A DNA stretch of 64,000 bases from an uncultured delta proteobacterium. Its GTDB lineage: Bacteria > Myxococcota > Myxococcia > SLRQ01. The DNA is taken from contig CAVSGM010000001.1 of NCBI GenBank assembly GCA_963727485.1, forward strand, positions 960,001 to 1,024,000, read 5' to 3'. Under the pieces are notes generated by a model, which saw only the letters and a list, made by a program, of their open reading frames with translations, did no database searches and had not been told where the DNA came from. Below, piece after piece: positions 14,857-26,090 of the stretch. The translations under genes and the position numbers were made by a program. Numbering within the stretch: position 1 is the first letter of the stretch; the number at the start of each line of letters is the position of its first letter.

Positions 14857-17397
14857 ATGGGGCGACGCACGACGATGGCCTGGGCGGTGGCGCTGGTCCT
14901 GGGGACGGCCCCGGCGGGGTGCACCATGAGCTTCCCCTCGGCGGACCAGTCGCACGTCTTCGCGTGCCACCAGGACAGCGACTGCGCCAGCGGCTACATG
15001 TGCGGCGCGGACCGGAAGTGCGACGTGCCTTCGGAGGCCGGCGGCGACGGCGGGACCACGGGCACCGACGGCGGGACGACCGGGACCGACGGCGGCACCA
15101 GCGGCACCGACGGCGGCACCAGCGGCACCGACGGCGGCACCAGCGGCACCGACGGCGGCACCCCGCCGCAGTGCGACACCCGGATCGCCCTGAGCCCGAG
15201 CACGGTCAACGACCACGATGGCTTCGGGGTTGCCTTCTACCTGCCCGCGGGCGTCCAGCCCCAGCGGGTCCGCGTCGACGGCAACCTGACGCCCAATCCC
15301 ACGCCGATCGCGTCGGGCAACCTCGCCTTCAACGGCTGGAGCGTTCCGGTCCAGGTCAGCACCTCGCTGCCGACCGCCACCTTCCGGGTGGACGTCACCG
15401 GCGGTGGCTGCTTCGCCGGCAACCTGCGGGTCGTCCACCAGCCCCACACCGTCACCGTCACCCCCAAGGCGGTGGGCGCCGGTGGTGCGACGCCGATCGC
15501 CGTGCACTTCCCCGCCGGCAGCACGCTGCAGCCCGGGGAGGCCGCCTGGGTCTACCTGGTGGACCAGAGTGGGACCCTCCACGCCATGGGCGACGCCATG
15601 GTCACCGGTGCCAACACCGTCGCGGCTCCGGTCGTCGGGGTCGGCCACGGAAGCTATGGCGCCGTGGCAATCGTCGGCGGGCAGTCCCCGCTCCTCGGCG
15701 TCGCGGCGCGCCCGGCCCTGGAGGTCTCCGCCGACGGGGTGCCGCGGATCGTCCGGGTGAGCCCGGTCCACATCCCCAAGGGGGCGACCAACGTGCCGGT
15801 GACCATCACCGTGTCCAACGCCCCTGGGGAGCCGGCCCTCGCCCAGGGTGCCGAGGTGCAGCTGGTCTGTGGCAGCCAGGTGGACACGCCGCAGGCAATC
15901 CCCACCGGGGGCCAGATGGACACCGTGACCCTCGACGCGCCCTCCGCGGGCGAGGGGACGCCCTGCGTCCTCGCCTACCAGGACACCACCCCGGGCGGGA
16001 ACACGCTCACCACGCAGTTCCCCGGCCTGTCCATCAGCGGGAGCGGCGCCGCAGCCTGGACGACCGCCATGGTGAAGCTCGGTACCGCCCGGCAGGACCC
16101 CGGGGCCGCGGTGGTCACCGCCGCCGACGGCACGCGCTACCTGGTGGTGGTCGGTGGCTCCGACGGGACCGCGGCCCTGCGGACCACCGAGTACGCGCCC
16201 CTCGACGACAGGGGGGCGCCACAGCAGTTCTCCCCCGGGCCCCTGCTGCCGACGGCGCCGGGCGTGTGGGCCCCGGCGGTGGTCTCCCTCAGCAATACCA
16301 TCTTCGTCCTGGGGGGCTTCGCGGCCCAGGGCGTGGCCACCAAGTCCGTGTATCGGGCGGAGCTCCGCGATCCCAGGGAGCATCCGACCGGTCTCGGCAC
16401 GGACCTGTCGGTGGGCTCGGGCTACACCAAGACCCAGCCCACCACGTTCTTCTACACGGTGACCGCCGACATCTCGGACCCCAATCGGGGCACCTTCGAG
16501 ACGGTGGCGGCGCCGCCGGTCCGCGCGGAGATCCCCCCGCAGGTTCCGGTGACCGTGGTCCTCCACTGGGCCCAGCAGCCGGGCGCCGTCGGTTACGAGA
16601 TCTACCGGGGCACCACGCCGAACATCTCGCAGATGGACCACATCCAGAGCATCAAGGACAACAACACTCTTCAGTTCGACGACCTGGGCGCCCCGACGCT
16701 GGACGGGTCGAGGCCGCCCCCGCCCGACACGCTCACCCCCTGGAAGGCGCAGTCCCAGGCCCTCACCGGGCCCCGGGCCGCGGCCGGCGCGGTGGTGATC
16801 CCCGATGACCAGGGAGGCGGCGTCATCGTGGTGGGGGGCGGCAACGACGGCACCCAGGATCTCGCCAGCGTAGAGGTGGGCGACCTGACCGCGCAGACCC
16901 CGCCGCTGCGGCTCCAGGTCTTCAAGTCCCTGGGGTCGAACGTGCTCTCCCAGGCCCGGCAGGGCCTCGACGCCCGGGTGGTGGACAGACACTGGACCCC
17001 TGGGGCCGGGAACCTCGGCGGCTACGTGATCTTCGGACCGGGAGCGAGCTCCACGACCGCGCAGCCCATCGTGGAGTGGGGAGCCTACGCCGGCGGTGCG
17101 CTCACGCTGACCTCCGGCAATGCGCCCCCGATGCGAGACGGGCTCCACCTGTTCACCGGGGCCGGCCTCGTCGACGTCCTGGGGGTGGACGAGAACACCG
17201 CCCCGGCCACCTCGTCGGACGTCCAGCTCCCGATGCCGATCACCGGCAGCACCCTGACCGTGACCGCCTCCGGCAGCGTGGGCCCCATCCTCACGTCCCT
17301 GGCCCGGCACCGCGGGAGCGCCGAGGCCAACGGCTTGTGCTACCTGGTCGGCGGCGGCGGCTCGGACGGGACCACGGTCCTCTGGACCATCCGGTAG
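14857..17397 (+). CDS. Large surface lipoprotein: Cys-rich N-terminus, GTDGG linker, Ig-like and kelch-like repeats
   Basis: Lipobox PAGC; CHQDSDCASGYMC; kelch-type LVVVGG, IFVLGG, IVVGGG, YLVGGG motifs. Confidence 0.7.
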   Translation: MGRRTTMAWAVALVLGTAPAGCTMSFPSADQSHVFACHQDSDCASGYMCGADRKCDVPSEAGGDGGTTGTDGGTTGTDGGTSGTDGGTSGTDGGTSGTDGGTPPQCDTRIALSPSTVNDHDGFGVAFYLPAGVQPQRVRVDGNLTPNPTPIASGNLAFNGWSVPVQVSTSLPTATFRVDVTGGGCFAGNLRVVHQPHTVTVTPKAVGAGGATPIAVHFPAGSTLQPGEAAWVYLVDQSGTLHAMGDAMVTGANTVAAPVVGVGHGSYGAVAIVGGQSPLLGVAARPALEVSADGVPRIVRVSPVHIPKGATNVPVTITVSNAPGEPALAQGAEVQLVCGSQVDTPQAIPTGGQMDTVTLDAPSAGEGTPCVLAYQDTTPGGNTLTTQFPGLSISGSGAAAWTTAMVKLGTARQDPGAAVVTAADGTRYLVVVGGSDGTAALRTTEYAPLDDRGAPQQFSPGPLLPTAPGVWAPAVVSLSNTIFVLGGFAAQGVATKSVYRAELRDPREHPTGLGTDLSVGSGYTKTQPTTFFYTVTADISDPNRGTFETVAAPPVRAEIPPQVPVTVVLHWAQQPGAVGYEIYRGTTPNISQMDHIQSIKDNNTLQFDDLGAPTLDGSRPPPPDTLTPWKAQSQALTGPRAAAGAVVIPDDQGGGVIVVGGGNDGTQDLASVEVGDLTAQTPPLRLQVFKSLGSNVLSQARQGLDARVVDRHWTPGAGNLGGYVIFGPGASSTTAQPIVEWGAYAGGALTLTSGNAPPMRDGLHLFTGAGLVDVLGVDENTAPATSSDVQLPMPITGSTLTVTASGSVGPILTSLARHRGSAEANGLCYLVGGGGSDGTTVLWTIR
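15046..15162 (+). repeat. In-frame 21-bp tandem repeat (GTDGGTS/T, about 5.5 copies)
   Basis: Unit ggcaccgacggcggcaccagc repeated head to tail within the lipoprotein linker. Confidence 0.9.
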
Positions 17398-18122
17398 GTC
17401 CGCTCCACCACCTGGTCCACGCCGCAGACGCTGGTGTCCACGGTGTACCGGGCCCGGGCGTAGAGGGGCGCGCGCTCGGCGAGCAGCGCCCGGAGCTCGG
17501 CCATGGCGTGGGGGTTGTCGGCCATGGGGCGCGGGTCGCCCTGGTCGACGACCCGGTGCCAGTGGTCCTCGGGGTCGGCCTTGAGCCACACGGTGGTGGC
17601 CTGGCGCTGGAGGAGCTCGAAGGCCTCGGGGCTGGTGACGATGCCGCCGCCGGTGGCGATGACCGCGCCGCCCGGGTGACCGAGGACGCCCTCGAGGACC
17701 TCCCGCTCCACCCGCCGGTAGTAGGCCTCGCCGTGGAAGTCGAAGAGCTCCCGGAGGGTCAGGCCGGCCTCGGCCTCGACCCGGGCGTCGAGCTCCACGA
17801 AGGGGACCCCGAGGCGCTCGGCGAGCCGCGGGCCCACGGTGCTCTTCCCGGCGCCCCGGAGGCCGAGGAGCGCGATGGCCGGCCGCTCGCCGTCCTCGGC
17901 CGGGAGCAGGTCCCGGGTGGGCAGGCCCAGGGCCCGGGCCACCTGGGCCAGGCGGGCCACCGAGATGTTCCCCCGGCCGCTCTCGAGGTCGGCGAGGTAG
18001 CGCTCGCTGACCCCGGAGCGCTCGGAGAGGGCCCGCCGGGTGAGGTGGTGGCCCTCCCGGAGGCCCCGGACCCGGTGGCCCAGGGCGACGAGGAGGGGGT
18101 CGGTGGCGCGGGGTGCGGTCAT
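17340..18122 (-). CDS. boxR: BoxR/BzdR family regulator (XRE HTH + shikimate kinase-like domain)
   Basis: SGVSERYLADLESGRGNIS HTH; GLRGAGKSTVG; IATGGG; divergent from boxC. Confidence 0.9.
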   Translation of the reverse strand: MTAPRATDPLLVALGHRVRGLREGHHLTRRALSERSGVSERYLADLESGRGNISVARLAQVARALGLPTRDLLPAEDGERPAIALLGLRGAGKSTVGPRLAERLGVPFVELDARVEAEAGLTLRELFDFHGEAYYRRVEREVLEGVLGHPGGAVIATGGGIVTSPEAFELLQRQATTVWLKADPEDHWHRVVDQGDPRPMADNPHAMAELRALLAERAPLYARARYTVDTSVCGVDQVVERTYRMVQRTVVPSEPPPPTR

Positions 18123-18129
18123 GACGGGG

Positions 18130-18175
18130 TGAACTATAGCGCATCGTTTTCGAACAGGGCAAGGCACTATAGTGC
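18130..18175. promoter_or_regulatory. Two related palindromes, probable BoxR operators
   Basis: GCACTATAGTGC (18164-18175, perfect) and TGAACTATAGCGCA (18130-18143, imperfect) in the boxR/boxC intergenic region. Confidence 0.65.
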
Positions 18176-18212
18176 TTGCATTCGCTGATCTCGATCAGTA
18201 GATTGGCTCGCC

Positions 18213-19892
18213 ATGAGCGAGGCGAAGACGATCCCGATGCCCGAGTCGGCCCCCGAGCCGGTGACCTTCGAGACCCACCCCGACCGGTACCAGCACTGGC
18301 GCCTCGCGGTGGACGGACAGGTGGCCACCCTGAAGATGGCGGTCAAGGAGGACGGGGGCCTGCGGGACGGCTACCTCCTCAAGCTCAACAGCTACGACCT
18401 CGGCGTGGACATCGAGCTCGCCGACGCCCTCCAGCGCCTGCGCTTCGAGCACCCGGAGGTGAAGGTGCTGGTGGTCACCAGCGTCCTGGAGCGGATGTTC
18501 TGCGCCGGCGCCAACATCAAGATGCTCGGCTCCAGCCGCCACCCCTGGAAGGTGAACTTCTGCAAGTACACCAACGAGACGCGCCTCTACCTCGAGGACG
18601 CCTCGGAGCGCTCGGGCCTCAAGACCCTCGCCGCCCTCAACGGCATCGCCGCCGGCGGGGGCTACGAGCTGGCGCTCGCCTGCGACCGGATCCTGCTGGT
18701 GGACGACGGGGCCAGCGTGGTCTCGCTCCCCGAGGTGCCGCTCCTCGGCGTGCTCCCGGGCACCGGCGGCCTCACCCGGGTCACCGACAAGCGCAAGGTG
18801 CGCCGGGATCTCGCCGACGTGTTCTGCTCCAACCAGGACGGGGTCAAGGGCGACCGGGCGGTGAAGTGGAACCTGGTCGACGCGGTGGCCCCCCGGTCGT
18901 CGTGGGACGAGGCGGTGGCCAAGGAGGCCAAGGCGCTCGCCGCCGAGTCCACCCGGCCCGGCACCGGGCCCGGCATCACCCTCACCCCCCTGGATCCCGA
19001 GCTCGCCGACACCGCCTGGCGCTACCGCCACGTCAGCGTGGATCTCGACCGGGCACGGCGGGTGGCCACGCTCACGGTGCGCGGCCCCGAGGGCCCGCAG
19101 CCCGAGACCCCCGAGGCCCTCTTCGAGGCCGGTGCCGACGCCTGGTGCCTCCGGGCCTTCCGGGAGCTCGACGACGCGCTCCTGCGCCTGCGCCTCAACG
19201 AGGGGGAGCTCGGCACCCTGCTCCTGCGCACCGAGGGCGACCCCGAGGCCGTCCTCGCCGTGGACCGCTTCCTCCAGGAGGAGCGCGAGGCCAGCTGGCT
19301 GGTGAACGAGGTGGCCCTCCACCTGGCCCGGGTCCTCCGGCGCCTGGACATGATGGCCAAGAGCCTCATCGCCCTGGTGGAGCCCGGGAGCTGCTTCGCC
19401 GGGTCGCTCGCCGAGCTGGCCTTCGCCGCCGACCGCAGCTACATGCTCGACGACCCGGACCGGCCCACGGCCCTGCGCCTCGGGCCCCTGAACGGCGGCC
19501 CCCTGAAGATGGGCAACGGGCTGACGCGCCTGGAGTCGCGCTTCCTCGGGACGCCGGAGCAGGTCGCGGTGGTCCTGGGCCACGACGGGCCCTTCGACGC
19601 CGAGGCGGCGCTGGCGGCGGGCCTCGTGACCTACGCCCCCGACGACATCGACTGGGAGGACGAGGTGCGCCTCGCGGTGGAGGAGCGCGCCAGCCTCTCG
19701 CCGGACGCCCTCACCGGGATGGAGGCGAACCTGCGCTTCGCCGGCCCCGAGACCATGGAGACCAAGATCTTCGGGCGGCTCTCGGCCTGGCAGAACTGGA
19801 TCTTCCAGCGCCCCAACGCCGTGGGCAAGCAGGGCGCCCTGACCCTCTACGGGCAGCCCGAGCAGCCCGAGTTCGATTTCGAGCGCACCTGA
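18213..19892 (+). CDS. boxC: 2,3-epoxybenzoyl-CoA dihydrolase
   Basis: LKLNSYDLGVDIELADALQRLRFEHPEV, NFCKYTNETR, FGRLSAWQNWIFQRPNA. Confidence 0.96.
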   Translation: MSEAKTIPMPESAPEPVTFETHPDRYQHWRLAVDGQVATLKMAVKEDGGLRDGYLLKLNSYDLGVDIELADALQRLRFEHPEVKVLVVTSVLERMFCAGANIKMLGSSRHPWKVNFCKYTNETRLYLEDASERSGLKTLAALNGIAAGGGYELALACDRILLVDDGASVVSLPEVPLLGVLPGTGGLTRVTDKRKVRRDLADVFCSNQDGVKGDRAVKWNLVDAVAPRSSWDEAVAKEAKALAAESTRPGTGPGITLTPLDPELADTAWRYRHVSVDLDRARRVATLTVRGPEGPQPETPEALFEAGADAWCLRAFRELDDALLRLRLNEGELGTLLLRTEGDPEAVLAVDRFLQEEREASWLVNEVALHLARVLRRLDMMAKSLIALVEPGSCFAGSLAELAFAADRSYMLDDPDRPTALRLGPLNGGPLKMGNGLTRLESRFLGTPEQVAVVLGHDGPFDAEAALAAGLVTYAPDDIDWEDEVRLAVEERASLSPDALTGMEANLRFAGPETMETKIFGRLSAWQNWIFQRPNAVGKQGALTLYGQPEQPEFDFERT

Positions 19893-19938
19893 GCAAAGCG
19901 CGCGCACCGGACCACCGGTGCGGGAAGGACCTCTCGAC

Positions 19939-21360
<1,422 letters not shown>

Positions 21361-21421
21361 GGGCGCCAGGGGCGGCGGCCCTGCGTTGAGCCGCCGGATG
21401 GGCTCGGGTAGTATCTGCGGG

Positions 21422-22381
21422 ATGAACCTAAGCCGCCGGTCGCGCGCAGGCCTCGTCTGCGCGCTCGCCCTCGGGGCCCTCCTGGGCCCCCGGTGGGCCC
21501 TCGCCGACGGCCCCGCCCAGACCAAGGTCGCCGTCCTCGACGTCAAGGCCACCGGCCCGGTGGCGAAGAAGCAGATCCAGGGGCTCTCGCAGGTGGTGGC
21601 CTCGGTGGTCGCGGCGCGGCCGTCGCTCCAGGTGCTGACCAGCGAGGACATCCGCACCATGCTCGGCTTCCAGGCGGAGAAGCAGCTCCTCGGCTGCACC
21701 GACTCCCACTGCCTGGCCCAGATCGGCGGCGCCCTGGGCGTGGGCTTCGTGGTGGCGCCGGAGATCTCCCGGGTGGGCAAGACCTGGCTGGTCACGGTGG
21801 TGGTCCTCGACGTGCAGAACGCCCGGGCGGTGGCCCGGAAGACCGGGACCGCCCAGAGCGAGGACGACCTGGTCACGGTGACCACCCGGGAGACGAAGGC
21901 CGTCCTCCCGGCGCTGCTCCCCAAGCAGGCCAGGCCGGCGAAGCAGACCACGGCTGCCGGCGCCAAGGCCCCGGCGGGCAAGCCCAGCCCGTCGCCGGAG
22001 TCGAGCCACACCGCCCCGGCGACCGCCGCCCCCGCTGCCGCAATTGCGCCGGCGCCGTCCCCGCCGGGTCGCGGTGCCCTCGCCTGGACGCTCACCGGGG
22101 TGGGCGCCGCCGCGGTGATCGTCGGCGCCATCCTCTACGGCAACGCCTGGTCGGTGAACGGCCGGTACGCGGCCGACCCCTCCAACATCACCTGGAGCGA
22201 GGCGCAGGACGCCGAGGCCCAGTCCCAGATCGGGGTCGCCACGGCGGTCCTGGGGGTCGCGGCGGTCGCCGGCTCGTTCCTGGTCCCGGCGCCCCACCCG
22301 GCGGGGACGACCCTGGGGCTCTCGGTGCTGCCAGGCGGCGCCTACGCCGAGGTCACCATCTCCCTGGGAGGTGGGCGATGA
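21422..22381 (+). CDS. Exported protein, paralogue of 13889-14839
   Basis: Signal peptide; KVAVLDV...MLGFQAEKQLLGC...CLAQIGGALGVG; hydrophobic C-terminal hairpin; ATGA overlap with the next gene. Confidence 0.65.
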   Translation: MNLSRRSRAGLVCALALGALLGPRWALADGPAQTKVAVLDVKATGPVAKKQIQGLSQVVASVVAARPSLQVLTSEDIRTMLGFQAEKQLLGCTDSHCLAQIGGALGVGFVVAPEISRVGKTWLVTVVVLDVQNARAVARKTGTAQSEDDLVTVTTRETKAVLPALLPKQARPAKQTTAAGAKAPAGKPSPSPESSHTAPATAAPAAAIAPAPSPPGRGALAWTLTGVGAAAVIVGAILYGNAWSVNGRYAADPSNITWSEAQDAEAQSQIGVATAVLGVAAVAGSFLVPAPHPAGTTLGLSVLPGGAYAEVTISLGGGR

Positions 22382-23523
22382 AGCGCGCCCTGACCCTCCT
22401 CGCCGGCCTGGGGCTCCTGGTCGCCGGCTGCCCCCAGTTCTCCCAGGGGGCGAGGTATCACTGCGACCCCCAGAACGCGTGCCCCGGCGGGAGCACCTGT
22501 GTGAACAACTTCTGCGTCGCCCAGGCCGACGGTGGGCAGCCGGGCACCGACGGGGGCCATGCCGGCAGCGACTGTACCGGTGGCACCGGCTGCGACGGCT
22601 TCGCCAACAGCTTCTGTCACCAGGGCTACTGCCTGGTCCAGTGCGGCCAGAACGCCAACTGCGCCCCCGACGAGATCTGTGACACCACCTCCGGAAGCCC
22701 GGTCTGCCAGAAGGCGGACGGGGTGCCGTGTGGCGGTGACAGCGACTGTCCCGTCCACTTCAAGTGCGCGAACGGCCCCACCGGCAACATCTGCCGGCGG
22801 CTCTGCCTCGACGTCAGCGGCTGTCCCGAGGGGTGGAAGTGCGACCCGCTCGGCGGCCAGCAGGCCTGCATGCCGGCGGAGTGCGGGGCCGGCGCCCAGG
22901 GAATGACGGCAGCGTTCGGCGCTACCGACGCCTGTACGCTCCAGACCGGCGTGAACGAGGTCAACGGGACCTGTGTCGGCCCCGAGCCCCAGACCTACCT
23001 GGCCGACCAGGACGACGGCCTCTGTTACGGCGACGGGAAGCTCCAGGAAGGCGTCGCGTGCGGCAGCGGGGCCCTCTACGGCGACGGCAGCCAGGCGTGC
23101 GCGGCGGGCCTGGCCTGCGTCCCACCCCTGCCGCTGCTCACCAACGGGGGGAATCCGCCGAGCGGGCCGGCTACCTGCAGGACGCTGTGCGGGGCCGGCG
23201 CGGGTCCGTGCCCGCAGGGGTCGAGGTGCTGGCAGCTCTGGGCCGATCTCGGGGTCTGCGTGAAGCAGCAGGCCGGGGTGCTCCAGGGCCAGCCGGGCAA
23301 CGCCTGCGGCTCCGCCATCACGGTGACCCAGGCGGCCGACAACCGCACGTGCATCGACGGCGTCATCTGCGTCCCCTCGAGCGTCGGAGCGACGGGTGGG
23401 ACCTGCTACCAGGCCTGCAACACGGGCACCTCCCACAACCCCGTGGTCTGTCCTGGCGGCGCCACCTGTACCGCCGTCCCCGGCAACACCCGGGTGCCCA
23501 ACCTCGGCTACTGCAAGCCCTGA
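22378..23523 (+). CDS. Cys-rich repeat lipoprotein
   Basis: MKRALTLLAGLGLLVAGC lipobox; dense Cys repeats (CGGDSDCP, CRRLC). Confidence 0.8.
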   Translation: MKRALTLLAGLGLLVAGCPQFSQGARYHCDPQNACPGGSTCVNNFCVAQADGGQPGTDGGHAGSDCTGGTGCDGFANSFCHQGYCLVQCGQNANCAPDEICDTTSGSPVCQKADGVPCGGDSDCPVHFKCANGPTGNICRRLCLDVSGCPEGWKCDPLGGQQACMPAECGAGAQGMTAAFGATDACTLQTGVNEVNGTCVGPEPQTYLADQDDGLCYGDGKLQEGVACGSGALYGDGSQACAAGLACVPPLPLLTNGGNPPSGPATCRTLCGAGAGPCPQGSRCWQLWADLGVCVKQQAGVLQGQPGNACGSAITVTQAADNRTCIDGVICVPSSVGATGGTCYQACNTGTSHNPVVCPGGATCTAVPGNTRVPNLGYCKP

Positions 23524-23582
23524 CCCCGGGCGGGGCCGGGGTGCCTGGACGCCAAAGGGCCCCGGGACTATCCTCCCGCCCA

Positions 23583-23837
23583 ATGAAGCCCGACGAGCTC
23601 AAGCAGGCCATCGAGGAAGGCATCCCCGGCGCCCGGGTCCTCATCAAGGACCTCACCGGCACCGCCGACCACTACCAGGCGATCGTGGGGGCCGAGGCCT
23701 TCACCGGCAAGACCCTGGTGCAGCAGCACCAGATGGTCTACCAGGCCGTCGGTCCCAAGGTCGGCGGCGAGGTGCACGCGCTCTCGCTGAAGACCTGCAC
23801 CCCCGCAGACTTCGACCGCCTCGCCGAAGGCGGCTGA
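23583..23837 (+). CDS. bolA: BolA/IbaG family protein
   Basis: DHYQA...FTGKTLVQQHQMVY...VHALSLKT; adjacent to grxD. Confidence 0.9.
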   Translation: MKPDELKQAIEEGIPGARVLIKDLTGTADHYQAIVGAEAFTGKTLVQQHQMVYQAVGPKVGGEVHALSLKTCTPADFDRLAEGG

Positions 23838-23858
23838 CCCACTCACAGAGGTACCAAG

Positions 23859-24185
23859 ATGGACGACGCGACCAAGAAGCGGATCGAGGACAAGATCTCC
23901 AGCGCCCCGGTGGTGATCTTCATGAAGGGCTCCCCCATGCTGCCCCAGTGCGGCTTCTCCGCCCAGGCGGTGGAGGTGCTCCGGCGCAGCGGCGCCACCG
24001 ACCTCGCCTACGAGGACGTCCTCGCCGACCCCGAGGTCCGCCAGGGCATCAAGGAGCACACCGGCTGGCCGACCATCCCCCAGGTCTTCATCCAGGGGGA
24101 GTTCGTCGGCGGTGCCGACGTGGTCACCGAGCTCTACCAGCAGGGCGAGCTCGCCGGGAAGGTCAAGGCGGCCCAGGGCGAGTAG
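23859..24185 (+). CDS. grxD: Monothiol glutaredoxin Grx4
   Basis: FMKG...PQCGFS, WPTIPQVF, GGAD. Confidence 0.95.
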   Translation: MDDATKKRIEDKISSAPVVIFMKGSPMLPQCGFSAQAVEVLRRSGATDLAYEDVLADPEVRQGIKEHTGWPTIPQVFIQGEFVGGADVVTELYQQGELAGKVKAAQGE

Positions 24186-24219
24186 CCTTCGCCGGGCGCC
24201 GCCCCCTGCGGGCGCGCGC

Positions 24220-25101
24220 CTAGCGCCGAGCCAGGGCGCAGAGCGACGCCGGGACCCCGAGGCGGGTGCCGGCGTCGTCGATCCAGGCCTCGATGCGCGC
24301 CTCGGGGATCCCGCGGCTGCGCAGGTCCTTGGCCACGGCGATCACCGCCTGCGCCCGGACCTTCTCCACCTGGGCCAGCACCAGGGCGGTCTGGAGGTAG
24401 CTGTGGGTGGGCACCACCCGCGGGTCGGCGAAGGTGTCCGGCTCGGTGGCGCGCTCCAGGTGGACGAAGATCCGGGCGACCGGGTCTGCGGTCACCGGCA
24501 GCGGGCTGGCGAGGTCCACGGCGTCGGCCACGGCGTCCCGGTGCACCCCCAGGTCCTCGAGGCGCGCCGCCAGGGCCGGGCCCCGGAGGCCGGCGCAGAC
24601 CTCGCCGAAGAGGGCGAAGACGGTGGCGTCGGCCTCGACGTCGTCGCCGAAGAGCAGCCAGCTGGCGCCCGTCGGCACCTCCGCCCGGTAGAGGAGGAGG
24701 GCGGCGAGCTTGTAGCCCACCTGCTCGGTGATGCGCCTCGGGTGACCGGCCATCAGCAGGCCGAGCTGGTCCTTGAAGGTGACCCCGTCGTAGTCCACGC
24801 CGTCGAGGGTCATGCGCCGCTCGATGACCTGGCGCAGCTGCACCGGGCTCCCGGAGACGAAGAAGAGGGGCACGATGGCGCTCTCGGCGCCGGCGCCATG
24901 GCGCAGGGCCCGGAGCAGCGGCACCGCCCCGGGGATGGTCTCCTTGTCCACGGCCATCTCGAAGGGGATCGACAGCAGGCCCCGCCACGAGGAGAAGCGG
25001 GTGGCGAGGTAGGTCTTGTCGATGTCCCAGACCAGCACGTCGCCTTCGTAGTCCGGGGGCAGGCGCCGGTCGTTGGACCGCTGGAGGTAGCGCCGGGGCA
25101 C
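24220..25101 (-). CDS. HAD-like DxDxT phosphatase (App1/phosphatidate phosphatase-like)
   Basis: WDIDKTY, FVSGSP, LFGDD motifs; GTG start inferred. Confidence 0.7.
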   Translation of the reverse strand: MPRRYLQRSNDRRLPPDYEGDVLVWDIDKTYLATRFSSWRGLLSIPFEMAVDKETIPGAVPLLRALRHGAGAESAIVPLFFVSGSPVQLRQVIERRMTLDGVDYDGVTFKDQLGLLMAGHPRRITEQVGYKLAALLLYRAEVPTGASWLLFGDDVEADATVFALFGEVCAGLRGPALAARLEDLGVHRDAVADAVDLASPLPVTADPVARIFVHLERATEPDTFADPRVVPTHSYLQTALVLAQVEKVRAQAVIAVAKDLRSRGIPEARIEAWIDDAGTRLGVPASLCALARR

Positions 25102-25115
25102 GGGCCGTCGGTCTC

Positions 25116-26090
25116 CTAGGCTCGCAGCCGAAGCCCGGCGGCGAGCTCGAGGTCGAGCTGGAGCACCGCCTCCAGGGTGGGGCCCGCCTCGGCCTCGCCG
25201 TGGAGGATGCGGTGGACGGCGGCGGCGAGGGGCAGCTCGAGTCCAAGGCGGTCGGCGACGTCGAGGGCGGCCGCCGCGGTGTGCACGCCCTCGACCTCGC
25301 CCTTGGCGGCGGCGAGCGCCGCATCGAGGGGCGTGCCCTGGGCGACGGCGGCGCCCACCTGGTGGTGCCGCTCGGTGGCGGCGACCCGCCGGGGGATGAG
25401 GTCGCCGATGCCGGCGAGGCCGGCGAAGGTGGTGGCCTCGGCGCCCAGCGCCCGGCCCACCTGGGAGGCCTCGACCAGGCCCCGGGTGAGGAGGACGCCG
25501 CGCGCGGTGTCGCCGAGGCCGAGCTGGTCGGCCATGCCCACGGCGAGCGCGGTGACGTTGGCGATGGCCCCGGCGACCTCGACGCCGACGACGTCGTGGC
25601 TGGGGTGGACGTGGACCGCGCCCCCGGCGACGGCGGCGCGCACCGCGGCGAGGGTCTCGTCGAAGCGCGAGGCGAGGACCGCGGCGATGGGGTGGCCGCT
25701 CACGAGATCCCGGGCGTGCAGCGGTCCGCCGAGGACACCGATCTTCCGGACGCAGGTCTCCTCTCGGACGACCTGGTGGGGGAGGACGAAGTGGCCGTCG
25801 ACGCCGCGGGTGGCGTGGACCAACAGGTGGTCGGGGCGCGCGGCCTCGCCGAAGGCGGCGACCACCTCGCGGAAGGCGCCGGCGGGGACGGCGACGAAGA
25901 CCAGGTCGGCCTCGGCGCCGGCCTCGGCGACGCTCTTCGCCTGGGCGACCTTGGGCCGCTTCTTGGCGAGCGCCCGGCGGGCGGCGGGGCGACGGACCCA
26001 CATGGTGGTGTCGGCGCCGGCCTCGGAGAGGATCTCGGCGACGGCCTGTCCCATGGCCCCGCCGCCGAGGATGGCGATGCGGGGGCTCAT
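25116..26090 (-). CDS. GpsA-like NAD(P)H glycerol-3-phosphate dehydrogenase homologue with degenerate active site
   Basis: GGGAMG Rossmann motif, DVVGVEVAG, TFAGLAGIGDL; canonical KN and SRN motifs altered. Confidence 0.8.
   Translation of the reverse strand: MSPRIAILGGGAMGQAVAEILSEAGADTTMWVRRPAARRALAKKRPKVAQAKSVAEAGAEADLVFVAVPAGAFREVVAAFGEAARPDHLLVHATRGVDGHFVLPHQVVREETCVRKIGVLGGPLHARDLVSGHPIAAVLASRFDETLAAVRAAVAGGAVHVHPSHDVVGVEVAGAIANVTALAVGMADQLGLGDTARGVLLTRGLVEASQVGRALGAEATTFAGLAGIGDLIPRRVAATERHHQVGAAVAQGTPLDAALAAAKGEVEGVHTAAAALDVADRLGLELPLAAAVHRILHGEAEAGPTLEAVLQLDLELAAGLRLRA

Noticed and set aside
15046..15162. Tandem repeat as a CRISPR array
   Set aside because: No unique spacers, in-frame peptide linker, no cas genes.
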